From: an uncultured Acidobacteriota bacterium
GTDB lineage: Bacteria; Acidobacteriota; Terriglobia; UBA7540
Assembly (NCBI GenBank): GCA_963804995.1
Contig: CAWDSK010000006.1
Location: forward strand, 1,024,001 to 1,088,000
DNA: 64,000 nucleotides
Direction of reading: 5' to 3'
Part shown: positions 1 through 8,239 of the stretch, piece after piece
Numbering within the stretch: position 1 is the first letter of the stretch
How the letters are laid out: every line of letters begins with the position of its first letter
Position numbers and translations under genes: made by a program
The notes under the pieces: generated by a model
What the model was told of the DNA's origin: nothing
Database searches by the model: none
The model's input: only the letters and a program-made list of their open reading frames with translations

Positions 1-263
1 CCCAGGGATTGACCGGCATCTTCTCCGCAGGTGGAGTGGAATTGGTGTGGACGGCGAATACGGAGACCGATCTGGCGGGCTACCGTGTCTATCGCCTGGG
101 GAACCAAACACCGCAACTCTTGAACAAGGATTTGCTGCGCACGCCCATCTTTCGGGACGCAAACGCCGAGCCGGGGAAAATTCTCACCTATTACGTGACT
201 GCGGTCGACCTCGCGGGCAATGAAGGTAAGCCCTCCGAGAAAGTGGAAGTGGAGACGAAATAG
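1..263 (+). CDS. C-terminal part of a fibronectin type III domain protein (5' truncated by window edge)
   Basis: FN3-like pattern VELVW...DLAGYRVYR...YYVTAVDLAGNEG; frame is open to the left edge. Confidence 0.75.
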   Translation, partial: QGLTGIFSAGGVELVWTANTETDLAGYRVYRLGNQTPQLLNKDLLRTPIFRDANAEPGKILTYYVTAVDLAGNEGKPSEKVEVETK

Positions 264-304
264 AAGGTCGTGCCGAAGGTTCCCCAGGGAGAAGCCGGAT
301 TACA

Positions 305-769
305 GTGACGCTATCGAAGGAACTCGGAATCGTAGTGGCGGGCACGAGCGTGGCAGCCGTCGCCGCCATGTGGACGTGGCGGACTCTGCGCCGGCGCCGC
401 AAGGACCCTGCTGAAATCGAACGCCTTCGCCGCCTGGCCGTGAATGCGTGCGGACGCATCGTCCTGGGAAGAATTCTGGAACTAATGGAACTCGTCCCGG
501 ACGGACCTGCGGGACCCATCCTTCTTTATGAGTATGAGGTGTCGGGCGTCACCTACCAGGCGGCGCAGGACGTGAGCGCCCTGCCGGAAATCGTCGCCGC
601 CGCGCCCTACCTTCCCGGCCAGACTACCAGCGTTAAGTTCGACCCCAAACAGCCGACGAATTCCATTCTGGTATGCGAGGTCTGGTGTGGGGTTCCAGAC
701 TTGGACCGCAGCAAGCGCACCCAAGACCAGCCGAGCGCCCCCCCCACCGAAGCTTTCGAAAATAGCTAA
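305..769 (+). CDS. Membrane-anchored hypothetical protein, DUF3592-like
   Basis: N-terminal TM helix, then YEYEVSGVTY...SVKFDPKQPTNSIL, resembling DUF3592 beta domains. Confidence 0.55.
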   Translation: MTLSKELGIVVAGTSVAAVAAMWTWRTLRRRRKDPAEIERLRRLAVNACGRIVLGRILELMELVPDGPAGPILLYEYEVSGVTYQAAQDVSALPEIVAAAPYLPGQTTSVKFDPKQPTNSILVCEVWCGVPDLDRSKRTQDQPSAPPTEAFENS

Positions 770-1082
770 AGGGAATCCACCCCCCACAGGAGGGCAAGAT
801 TTGCCTCATTCCGCCAGCTCCACTAGGGAACTGCTGCCTAACGATTCCGAGCCCAAGTCCCCGTCAGAAACCTCTGCGCTGGAACCCTCTGTATTTATGG
901 GGATTAGCGGCGACCCGGAAAAGTCACCTTCGGTATCTCGGTTGCTCATAGAGGAGACGGAGAGGAAGTCCAGATCGAAGCGGAATGCTTCCGCGTGATT
1001 CTGAGCCGCCGGACGAAGTACATTGCGCCGGGGCCGGCAAAAACCTGGATTCTTTCTCCAATCCAGTCAGTTGAGGTGGACG

Positions 1083-1622
1083 ATGTCTCTTTCTGCCATA
1101 ACGGCAAGCAGTTTCTTTGGTCTGACCCATGCTTTGCAAGGTCAGAGTGGACAAACTGGGAAAGTCCAAAGTGAATTCCAGCAATTAGGTAAGGACTTGC
1201 AGTCCGGCAACCTGACCCAGGCCAAATCCGACTTCAGTATCCTGAGCCAGAACTTCTCGAATTCGACGCAAAGCACCAACCCTCTGTCCCAAGCGTTCAG
1301 CGCCCTGGGGCAAGCACTGCAGGGTGGGAATCTTTCTGCCGCGCAGACAGCTTATTCCACCATTTCGCAGGACGTGCAACAGGCAGGCGCCTCCGGGCAC
1401 CACCATCATCACCACCACGGGGGTGGCACCGAGAGCGGCAGTTCCAGTTCGAGTATGAACCTGGCACAAGCGTTTGGCACGCTTGGGCAAGCTCTTCAGT
1501 CTGGAAATCTGTCGTCGGCGCAGACCGCCTATTCGACGATTCAGCAGGATCTCACAGAGCTCGGCTGGAACGCCGCTTCGACGTCGCAATTGACAGCCGG
1601 CACCGTCAGCATGACTGCTTGA
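1083..1622 (+). CDS. Ser/Gln-rich hypothetical protein with three helical repeats and a His7 tract
   Basis: ATG at 1083 follows GAGGTGG; repeats LGKDLQSGNL / LGQALQGGNL / LGQALQSGNL; HHHHHHH. Confidence 0.7.
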   Translation: MSLSAITASSFFGLTHALQGQSGQTGKVQSEFQQLGKDLQSGNLTQAKSDFSILSQNFSNSTQSTNPLSQAFSALGQALQGGNLSAAQTAYSTISQDVQQAGASGHHHHHHHGGGTESGSSSSSMNLAQAFGTLGQALQSGNLSSAQTAYSTIQQDLTELGWNAASTSQLTAGTVSMTA

Positions 1623-1912
1623 TTCTTCCCAAGCTGGGGAATCGGCGAGTAGCCGAACTCATCGTGGCGGGTCGCAGGCCCCCCCTAAATCCTCCTCGGG
1701 GTATGCGACCCCCATGCTGAATCAATCCCGGCCGAGCGCGCAAGGTCGGTTTGTGGTGGGGGCGCTTGGGGAAGACCCCTCGCGGAAATGTGGATGAATC
1801 TTGACTTAGGTGTTTCCGGAACCGCCCTTGTAACAACCCACCGTTCCCACGCTTGACACTGCACGATGCCCCGCCCTACCATGACCGCCAACATAAATCA
1901 TAAGGAGGCGCG

Positions 1913-2677
1913 ATGAATACCCAATTTGATTTGACGGGCCAGGTAGCCTTGGTTACGGGCGCGGCCCGTGGACTGGGACACGCAATTTCGCTCGAACTGG
2001 CGCAAGCGGGAGCGGACGTAGCCCTGGGGCTGCGCGACGTGTCGACCGGCTCAGGGCTCGCCAGCGAAATCACTGCCTTGGGCCGCCAGGCTTTACCGCT
2101 GCAAATGGATGTGACACACCTCGATCAAATCTCGAGCGCCATCGCTGCCGTGGTCGCGCGCTTCGGCCGGCTCGATATTCTGGTCAACAACGCCGGCGGG
2201 GGATGGAGCAATCTTGCTGAGGATGTGAGCGAAAAAGAATTTGACGAAACCATCGACCTGAATGCCAAGTCCACGTTTTTTGCCTGCCAGGCCGCCCAGC
2301 GCGTCATGCGGCGCCAGATGAGCGGATCGATCATCAATATGAGCTCGCAGGCGGGGTTCGCAGCCTTGCCCACGGAATCGGTCTACTGCCTGAACAAGGC
2401 AGCGATCGCCCACCTCACCAAATGCCTCGCGGTCGAATGGGGCAAATACAACATCCGCGTAAACGCCGTTGCGCCCACCTTCATCGCCACGCCCGGAACC
2501 GAAGAGGCGCTCTCCGACCCCGCTTTCCGCGCCGACACGGTGGAGCGCATAGCCGCCTTGCATCGCATCGGCGAGCCGCGAGAAGTGGCGGGCGCCGTGG
2601 TGTTCCTGGCCTCGCCCGCGGCGTCGCTCATCACCGGCCACACTTTGCTGATTGACGGCGGTTGGACGGCACGCTGA
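1913..2677 (+). CDS. SDR family NAD(P)-dependent oxidoreductase
   Basis: TGAARGLG, NNAG and YCLNK (YxxxK) motifs; SD TAAGGAGG. Confidence 0.95.
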   Translation: MNTQFDLTGQVALVTGAARGLGHAISLELAQAGADVALGLRDVSTGSGLASEITALGRQALPLQMDVTHLDQISSAIAAVVARFGRLDILVNNAGGGWSNLAEDVSEKEFDETIDLNAKSTFFACQAAQRVMRRQMSGSIINMSSQAGFAALPTESVYCLNKAAIAHLTKCLAVEWGKYNIRVNAVAPTFIATPGTEEALSDPAFRADTVERIAALHRIGEPREVAGAVVFLASPAASLITGHTLLIDGGWTAR

Positions 2678-2736
2678 GCCACGCACAAAACGCTGGGGGT
2701 TTGTTGCAGGGGCGGTTCGCGGCGCGGCAAGATTTT

Positions 2737-2788
2737 GTGCCACGGGCATCTTGCCCGTGCTCGGGCATGGCCAGGATGGCCATGGCAC
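2737..2788. repeat. REP doublet (CACGGGCA-TCT-TGCCCGTG and CATGGCCA-GGA-TGGCCATG)
   Basis: Two short hairpins inside GTGCCA...TGGCAC inverted ends. Confidence 0.6.
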
Positions 2789-2852
2789 AGCTTTGGTTGC
2801 GGCTCTGCCGCGCCGACAAGGGCTCTGCCCTTCCGGGCCCATCCTCACTTTT

Positions 2853-2921
2853 TCCCCCTCTGGGCCTCCCGGAAGGCATTGCCTTCCGGGAGGCCCTGGG
2901 GTTTCTACATTTTGTATGCGA
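2853..2921. repeat. ~68-bp palindromic element; inverted copy at 7966-8033
   Basis: Perfect stem GGGCCTCCCGGAAGGCA-T-TGCCTTCCGGGAGGCCC plus tail GGGGTTTCTACATTT, both shared with the second copy. Confidence 0.85.
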
Positions 2922-2986
2922 ACTCCGCCCGCGCCAACCCCCCGATTCCCGCAGGGCGACAGAAGAGCGGTTTGGCGACTAGATTC

Positions 2987-3075
2987 AGCCCCAAAGGGGC
3001 GAAATAACGAAGCCCAGGCCAACGGCCTGGGTTAAGATCATCCCCCAATTTTACCGCGAGCCCTGAAGGGGCGAG
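2987..3075 (+). repeat. REP elements upstream of the Y1 transposase
   Basis: AGCCCCAAAGGGGCGAAATAACGAAGCCCAGGCCAACGGCCTGGG (two hairpins) at 2987-3031 and AGCCCTGAAGGGGCGA near 3059. Confidence 0.85.
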
Positions 3076-3089
3076 ATAGGTGTTCCCCC

Positions 3090-3542
3090 ATGCCGCAATC
3101 GCTTTCGCAACTCTACGTTCACTTGATCTTCAGCACCAAACATCGCGAGCCGATGTTATTGTCGCCCGTGCGCGAAGACCTCCACGCCTACCTGGCGGCG
3201 GTTCTCAACAACCAGGACTCCCCGGCGCTGAAAGTCGGAGGCATGAGCGACCACGTTCATGCGCTGTTTCGATTGTCGAAGAACCTCGCGCTGGCAAAAA
3301 TCGTGGAGGAAGTGAAGACCAGTTCCTCGAAATGGGTCAAGACGCAAGGGCGCGGCTTAGCGAACTTCTATTGGCAGAGCGGCTACGGCGCGTTTTCGGT
3401 GGGCTCGGCGGATGTGGAAGAAGTCGTGGAATACATCGCGCAACAAGAAAGCCACCACCGCGTGGCCAGCTTTCAAGAGGAATTCCGGAAGCTCTTACAC
3501 GCGCACGGAATTGCCTACGACGAGCGGTACGTGTGGGATTGA
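3090..3542 (+). mobile_element. tnpA: IS200/IS605-like Y1 HUH transposase, REP-associated (RAYT/TnpA-REP type)
   Basis: HUH motif DHVH, WQSGYGAFSV, catalytic Tyr in EYIAQQESHH; flanked by REP hairpins; no tnpB nearby. Confidence 0.9.
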
Positions 3543-3566
3543 AGAAGACTGTTCCGCCCCTGATTT

Positions 3567-3764
3567 AGCCCCAAAGGGGCGAAATAACGAAGCCCAGGCC
3601 AACGGCCGGGTCAATGGGCGGGCCGCCCCATTTTTGTGCCTGAGCCCCAAAGGGGCGAAATAACGAAGCCCAGGCCAACGGCCTGGGTCAATGGGCGGGC
3701 CGCCCCATTTTTGTGCCTGAGCCCCAAAGGGGCGAAATAACGAAGCCCAGGCCAACGGCCTGGG
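3567..3764 (+). repeat. Tandem REP array, 76-77-bp unit, about 2.6 copies
   Basis: Units start at 3567, 3643 and 3720; the linkers are identical (TCAATGGGCGGGCCGCCCCATTTTTGTGCCTG). Confidence 0.9.
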
Positions 3765-3822
3765 TTTAGATTACCCCCCAATTTTGCCCCCAGCCCTGAA
3801 GGGGCGAGATAGGTGTTCCCCC

Positions 3823-3961
3823 ATTCCGCAATCGCCTTCGCAACTCTACGTACATCACAGAACAAGAAAGCCACCACCGCGTGGCCAGCTTTCAAGAGGA
3901 ATTCCGGAAACTACTGGACGCGCACGCAATCGCCTACGACGACCGGTACGTGTGGGATTGA
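3823..3961 (+). pseudogene. Internally deleted second copy of the Y1 transposase
   Basis: 5' end matches 3090ff with ATG changed to ATT, fused to the 3' end (...GTACGTGTGGGATTGA); about 314 nt including the HUH motif are missing. Confidence 0.9.
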
Positions 3962-3973
3962 AAAGGATTGTTC

Positions 3974-4058
3974 CGCCCCTTCAGGGCTCGGGTATCGGTT
4001 TGGGTCCCGCTGACCCAGGCCGTTGGCCTGGGCTTCGTTATTTCGCCCCTTTGGGGCT
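3974..4058 (-). repeat. Inverted REP pair closing the transposase locus
   Basis: Reverse complement of the 2987-3075 elements. Confidence 0.85.
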
Positions 4059-4211
4059 CAAGGACGGTTGCCGAAATCGGAAATATGGTGCCCGGGTTTC
4101 TTGACACCGACACCTTTCTGACACCCGAGGAGGGGGGCGACGCCACGTGAAACTCAGAATGCTGAGGGATGGCGACAAGAAATCGGAAATATCGTGCCTG
4201 TCCGAGTTTCT

Positions 4212-4289
4212 CCTGGTACGCCGAGGAAACAGGCGCACGGTGATGAAGAAATATCGGTCCGAAAGAAAAGGACGACGGAGCTTCGACAC
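4212..4289 (-). pseudogene. N-terminal fragment of a second, different REP-associated Y1 transposase
   Basis: GTG start, (M)SKLRRPFLSDRYFFITVRL, resembling RAYT N-termini; GTAG-type REP just upstream (4331-4363). Confidence 0.55.
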
Positions 4290-4330
4290 GGCGCTACAAT
4301 ACAACGGTTTGTAACATTATGGCGAGAAAA

Positions 4331-4363
4331 GACGCGGTCCGCAAAGGCGGCGGTCCGCGCTAC
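4331..4363 (-). repeat. GTAG-type REP hairpin
   Basis: Minus strand GTAGCGCGGACCGCCGCCTTTGCGGACCGCGTC. Confidence 0.7.
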
Positions 4364-4404
4364 GAACTAATCCTCCAAATGCCAAGCGAAGGCAGGAGAC
4401 AACA

Positions 4405-5190
4405 GTGGACAAATCGCTGACGAAGATGATTCGATTACTTTCGCCAAAATTCCCCGAATGGGACGAGACGCTGCAGCGGTTTGACCGGCAGAGCAAGGAC
4501 CTTACCGAGAGAGAAAATTACGACGCAGAGGTACGCACGATTCAGGAGGTTTGGAAGATTCTGGAAACAGTATTAAAAGTCTGCACGAAGGTAGGCGGCT
4601 ACAAAGACGATTGGGACTTCCCCGAAAAGCTCCACCTGATGATATGCGGCATTGACACGTGGGTGAAGTCCAAGAAGATGGGCGTACAGTTTGAAATCGG
4701 GCGCTATGACCGCGAGATTTTCCTTCAAACCTCGGTCCACGCGCCTCACTTTTTGAAAAAGATGGATGATGAATTCTGGGCCTGGTTCCTGGAATTGCGG
4801 ACCCTCGGCAACTTTTGCTTTGAGGAAAATGCGTGCCCGAAGTCGCAAGAGGGCCGGAACGCAATTGAAGCCATGAAAAGCTCGAAGAGCCATCTTTTCG
4901 CCCTGATTCGAAACTATGTGGTCCTGGAAATCTATGAGGATACTTCAGAGGGGCTTGGCTCGCTTCGAATAGAGTGGCCGCAGGCCACGCCGTGGGCCGA
5001 AATCTTGACGAACGCAGCGAAGGCTTTCCGCTGTTTCTATAAAATGAATTACAAGCTCCATAAGCTCGGTGGACCTGCAATAGACATGACGCAATTTACT
5101 CCCGATTTGGCGGCACTTGGTATGACCGACGAACAGGCTGCCGAGTTGTTTGAACGTCGTCCCAGTACCTTTCGGCCTCCAAAACCATGA
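4405..5190 (+). CDS. Hypothetical protein (261 aa)
   Basis: Long ORF with SD AGGAG, globular composition, AT-richer than core genes; no motif recognised. Confidence 0.7.
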   Translation: MDKSLTKMIRLLSPKFPEWDETLQRFDRQSKDLTERENYDAEVRTIQEVWKILETVLKVCTKVGGYKDDWDFPEKLHLMICGIDTWVKSKKMGVQFEIGRYDREIFLQTSVHAPHFLKKMDDEFWAWFLELRTLGNFCFEENACPKSQEGRNAIEAMKSSKSHLFALIRNYVVLEIYEDTSEGLGSLRIEWPQATPWAEILTNAAKAFRCFYKMNYKLHKLGGPAIDMTQFTPDLAALGMTDEQAAELFERRPSTFRPPKP

Positions 5191-5212
5191 TGGTGTGACA
5201 CCTTTTCCTCCG

Positions 5213-5470
5213 CTACCATGAGAGATCCGGATCGTGCGTGTAGCCGTCCGGTAGCTGTCTCAGCAATGACTCGACGGATGGCACCTGATTCTTGTCCGTC
5301 TCCGGGCTAGTCGTGGAGATATTGGCGTTCCTTCCCAGTTGCTGCAACTGGCATGTCCGTTCGGTGACCGCCGTGTTGTCGCAAGTGATCCCAGAGATGT
5401 TGCAGGTGCGTTTGTCACGATCATAGTAGATTACGCGGAAGTATCTGGGTTTCCTAGCTGGCATCTTCAT
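5213..5470 (-). CDS. Hypothetical protein (85 aa)
   Basis: SD GGAAGGGG before ATG; protein-like composition; co-oriented with 5543-6496. Confidence 0.55.
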   Translation of the reverse strand: MKMPARKPRYFRVIYYDRDKRTCNISGITCDNTAVTERTCQLQQLGRNANISTTSPETDKNQVPSVESLLRQLPDGYTHDPDLSW

Positions 5471-5542
5471 TGTCCCCTTCCTGGCCTAACAAGAAAACGG
5501 CACCTGAAGCCCTTTTTCTGCCCGACTGTCGAGTTCCATTCG

Positions 5543-6496
5543 TCACTCCCCCGAGGACTGCGGGCTGACGGGTGTCTGCCCTTTGTTATCCGTAGTCGAT
5601 TGGACAATGCAATGCTTCTTGTGCTTGCCATCCGGCGGCCAGGGGCGATACTCCGAACGGAGAACTTCGCCACTGCCACGGACATGGAGACCAAAGAAAT
5701 ACGTGCCGTGGAGTTTCCCGAACAGCCCCGTGCCTTCTCGGTAGTCTGCAAAATGGGCGCGCACGAAGTGTGCGCAGGATTCCTTACCCTGCGCGGGGTC
5801 GAACGGCTCACCTACGGAATGCTTGGTCGATTTGTGAACCTCGATTATGTGGAAAGGTGGAGCCGAGAAGCCATGGACCCGCTTGAAACACTGAGGATGC
5901 TTACACGATCCCTCGACTTTCCTGATGGACACATTTTTGCAATGGAAAAAGGAAATAGAACATATCGCCGGTACAAATAGGGAGCCCATGGCATCGGCGA
6001 ATTCCTCCCGATCCTCTGCCCGAACACAAGCGGGTATCCTGTAGGTGCGGTTAAGAATGCGGCCTTCATGTGAAATTTCAGCTATCCAGGCCATGTTTTC
6101 GTAAGCCTGCTGGTCCAAAGGGTTCCGTGTGAACAGCGTTCCCCGCACCCAGTCCTCAACACCACCTCGATTGGCGCATTCCTTTTCTTCATCGCTGAGG
6201 TCCCACTTCTCAAACAGGACGCCAGCCAGCGTCGGTCGAGGATCAGCCGTGCGAACATCGCACTCTACAAACATCGCAGGGAACGGCAGCTTAAATTTCG
6301 GGCTGACCTCTTTGAAGTCGAATTCCTCGGCGACTTCCGCAGAGACCCAGTCAGCAATGTTCTGGGCATGAACCACGAATGCTGACCGAAGAGTCGTGAG
6401 TTTATGTTCGTGCGAGTCGAATCGGGCGGTCCTTTCGTAGGGCCACCAATGCCAGCGCCCGTCAAGAAGCTGTGTATAAAGCGTGGGATTCATCAT
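5543..6496 (-). CDS. Hypothetical protein (317 aa), possibly phage-related
   Basis: Long ORF with a C-terminal HFVRAHF...HVRG motif. Confidence 0.6.
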   Translation of the reverse strand: MMNPTLYTQLLDGRWHWWPYERTARFDSHEHKLTTLRSAFVVHAQNIADWVSAEVAEEFDFKEVSPKFKLPFPAMFVECDVRTADPRPTLAGVLFEKWDLSDEEKECANRGGVEDWVRGTLFTRNPLDQQAYENMAWIAEISHEGRILNRTYRIPACVRAEDREEFADAMGSLFVPAICSISFFHCKNVSIRKVEGSCKHPQCFKRVHGFSAPPFHIIEVHKSTKHSVGEPFDPAQGKESCAHFVRAHFADYREGTGLFGKLHGTYFFGLHVRGSGEVLRSEYRPWPPDGKHKKHCIVQSTTDNKGQTPVSPQSSGE

Positions 6497-6700
6497 TCAC
6501 CGTTGACAACTCATAATAGCTCTCTTCGTCCGGGACCATGCGACCCAAGTCATGCGGCTAATTCTACACGACGCCACGCGGGCTGGCGCAGATATGTTTT
6601 TGGGAAAACCGGGACTCGCACCATATTTCCCATTTACCGACATCACAGCTTCCGCCGCCGCCCAACCAGGGATTAGGGATTGGGAATTAGGGTCCTGTAA

Positions 6701-6816
6701 CCACCCCCCGTCGGAAAGCCGCGACCCCTCCTGAATCTCGTAAACACCCCCCGGCGCGAACGCGCCGTCCCCTTCCTTCACTGCGTTCAGGACAGGCGCT
6801 GAATCAGGAGGGGAGT
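6701..6816. repeat. CCCCTCCTGAATC...GAATCAGGAGGGG REP-like element with a nested CCTTCACTGCGTTCAGGACAGGC insert
   Basis: Inverted arms near 6725 and 6800; a related insert occurs at ~7691-7714. Confidence 0.5.
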
Positions 6817-7015
6817 CCGCCCGTCCGTCCGCCCTGGCAGCCTGTGGCGCGGAGCATCCGCCGGTTTTCCTCTGGGGGAAAGTGTCAGTGGGGAAAAGGG
6901 GTCAAGTACCTTTTTCGTTCAGGAATGATGCGCTAGAAGGGAGAAAGGGAGGGAAACATGGAAACGGTGCCACGTACCGTTCCTCTTCTGAAAGAAGGCA
7001 GGAGGATGGCGTGTG

Positions 7016-7249
7016 TTACTTCAGCGCTTCGTTAATTTCGATGTCCCGCTTGAGCACATCGGTCAACAGTTCCGACAAGCCCACACCCTTCTGCTCGGCC
7101 TTGGCGGAAAAGTACTGCCATACACTTTGCTCGATGGAGGCAGGCAGAAAGACCTTCGCGTCCGGGGGAATGTGGTGCAATCCCCGGACTCCCTTGCGGA
7201 AATCGATTTCCTCGGGCATCTGATCGTCGTTGATGGTGCTCTCACTCAT
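7016..7249 (-). CDS. Putative antitoxin (BrnA-like) of a type II TA pair
   Basis: MPEEIDFRKGVRG motif; ATGA overlap with the BrnT-like toxin. Confidence 0.7.
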   Translation of the reverse strand: MSESTINDDQMPEEIDFRKGVRGLHHIPPDAKVFLPASIEQSVWQYFSAKAEQKGVGLSELLTDVLKRDIEINEALK

Positions 7250-7551
7250 AGGTTTTCTTCGTAGAAGCGGATTTCGCTTCCTGTTGCCTGGCGAGCTGAA
7301 ATCAGCCGGATCTTCGTTATCGCCTGTTCCATTTCATGCCAGACATAAACAACGCAGAGAATCGCACCGTTAACCGCACAGCCGACGGAAAACCAACGCT
7401 CCTCAGCTTCGCTATGCTCCAAATCGGCCACGCTGAGCAGCCGCGGATCAGCAAATACGGACGAGGCAAGCTCAAAACTCACACCGTGCTTACGGATGTT
7501 GGCGGCAGCCTTGCTCTCGTCCCATTCGAACTGAAATTGCCGGTCGCTCAA
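7246..7551 (-). CDS. brnT: BrnT family toxin
   Basis: FEWDESKAAANIRKHGVSFE...HSEAEERW...IRLISARQA. Confidence 0.9.
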   Translation of the reverse strand: MSDRQFQFEWDESKAAANIRKHGVSFELASSVFADPRLLSVADLEHSEAEERWFSVGCAVNGAILCVVYVWHEMEQAITKIRLISARQATGSEIRFYEENL

Positions 7552-7711
7552 TGCCGGATCCCAGAGGCCTTAACGGCACCCGTAAAGGATTTTAGCACAG
7601 TCCCTCTTCCCGTGTGCCTTCGTGCCTCTGTCGCCAGATCCGTCTACTGACGGATGGGGGAGGTTGGTCTGGGGGATTGGGTAGGTCGCGCCCTTCGCTT
7701 TGCTCAGGGCA

Positions 7712-7793
7712 GGCCCTTCAGGGCTCGGCGTTGATGCGGGTTCCGTTGACCCAGGCCGTTGGCCGGGCTTCGTTAGGTCGCCCCTTTGGGGCT
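7712..7793 (-). repeat. REP pair of the transposase-associated family (inverted orientation)
   Basis: GCCCTTCAGGGCT...ACCCAGGCCGTTGGCCGGGCTTCGTTAGGTCGCCCCTTTGGGGCT matches 3974-4058. Confidence 0.8.
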
Positions 7794-7965
7794 CAAAGAC
7801 CGCAGTGGCCTTGGCCAGGCTGGGCTTCGTCCGCGCCACATTTCATTTCCCATTGAAACGCGGCACGAAGGCCATTGTAGCCGGGAGCTAAACAATCCAC
7901 TTGGCCTTATAACGGCCAAACCGTGCTTTTGGGGTGGGGCGTGATGGGGGCCGAGGCGGCGTAAT

Positions 7966-8033
7966 GCACATCCGAAATGTAGAAACTCCAGGGCCTCCCG
8001 GAAGGCATTGCCTTCCGGGGGGCCAGGAGGGGA
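7966..8033. repeat. Inverted copy of the 2853-2921 element
   Basis: AAATGTAGAAACTCCAGGGCCTCCCGGAAGGCATTGCCTTCCGGGGGGCC. Confidence 0.85.
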
Positions 8034-8239
8034 TTGGGGGTCAAGTCTCACGACGGAAAGGCACAGCCATTGTCGCCGCGGCGACCGAAGCCGCAGGTCT
8101 TCCCTCAAGGGCCAGTTCGCAATTCGGACAAGCCTGGTTCGCGACGCGCCTTCGCGATAACAACGTATGGCCACGCATCTGGCAGAATGCGGCGCGTATG
8201 CGCCACCCGCGAGCATGGTCAGAATCGCGAACCTTCCCG

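Noticed and set aside
3567..3764. CRISPR array
   Set aside because: The spacers are identical, the repeats match the transposase-flanking REPs, and no cas genes are present.
5339..5980. 213-aa plus-strand ORF
   Set aside because: It overlaps two better-supported minus-strand genes.
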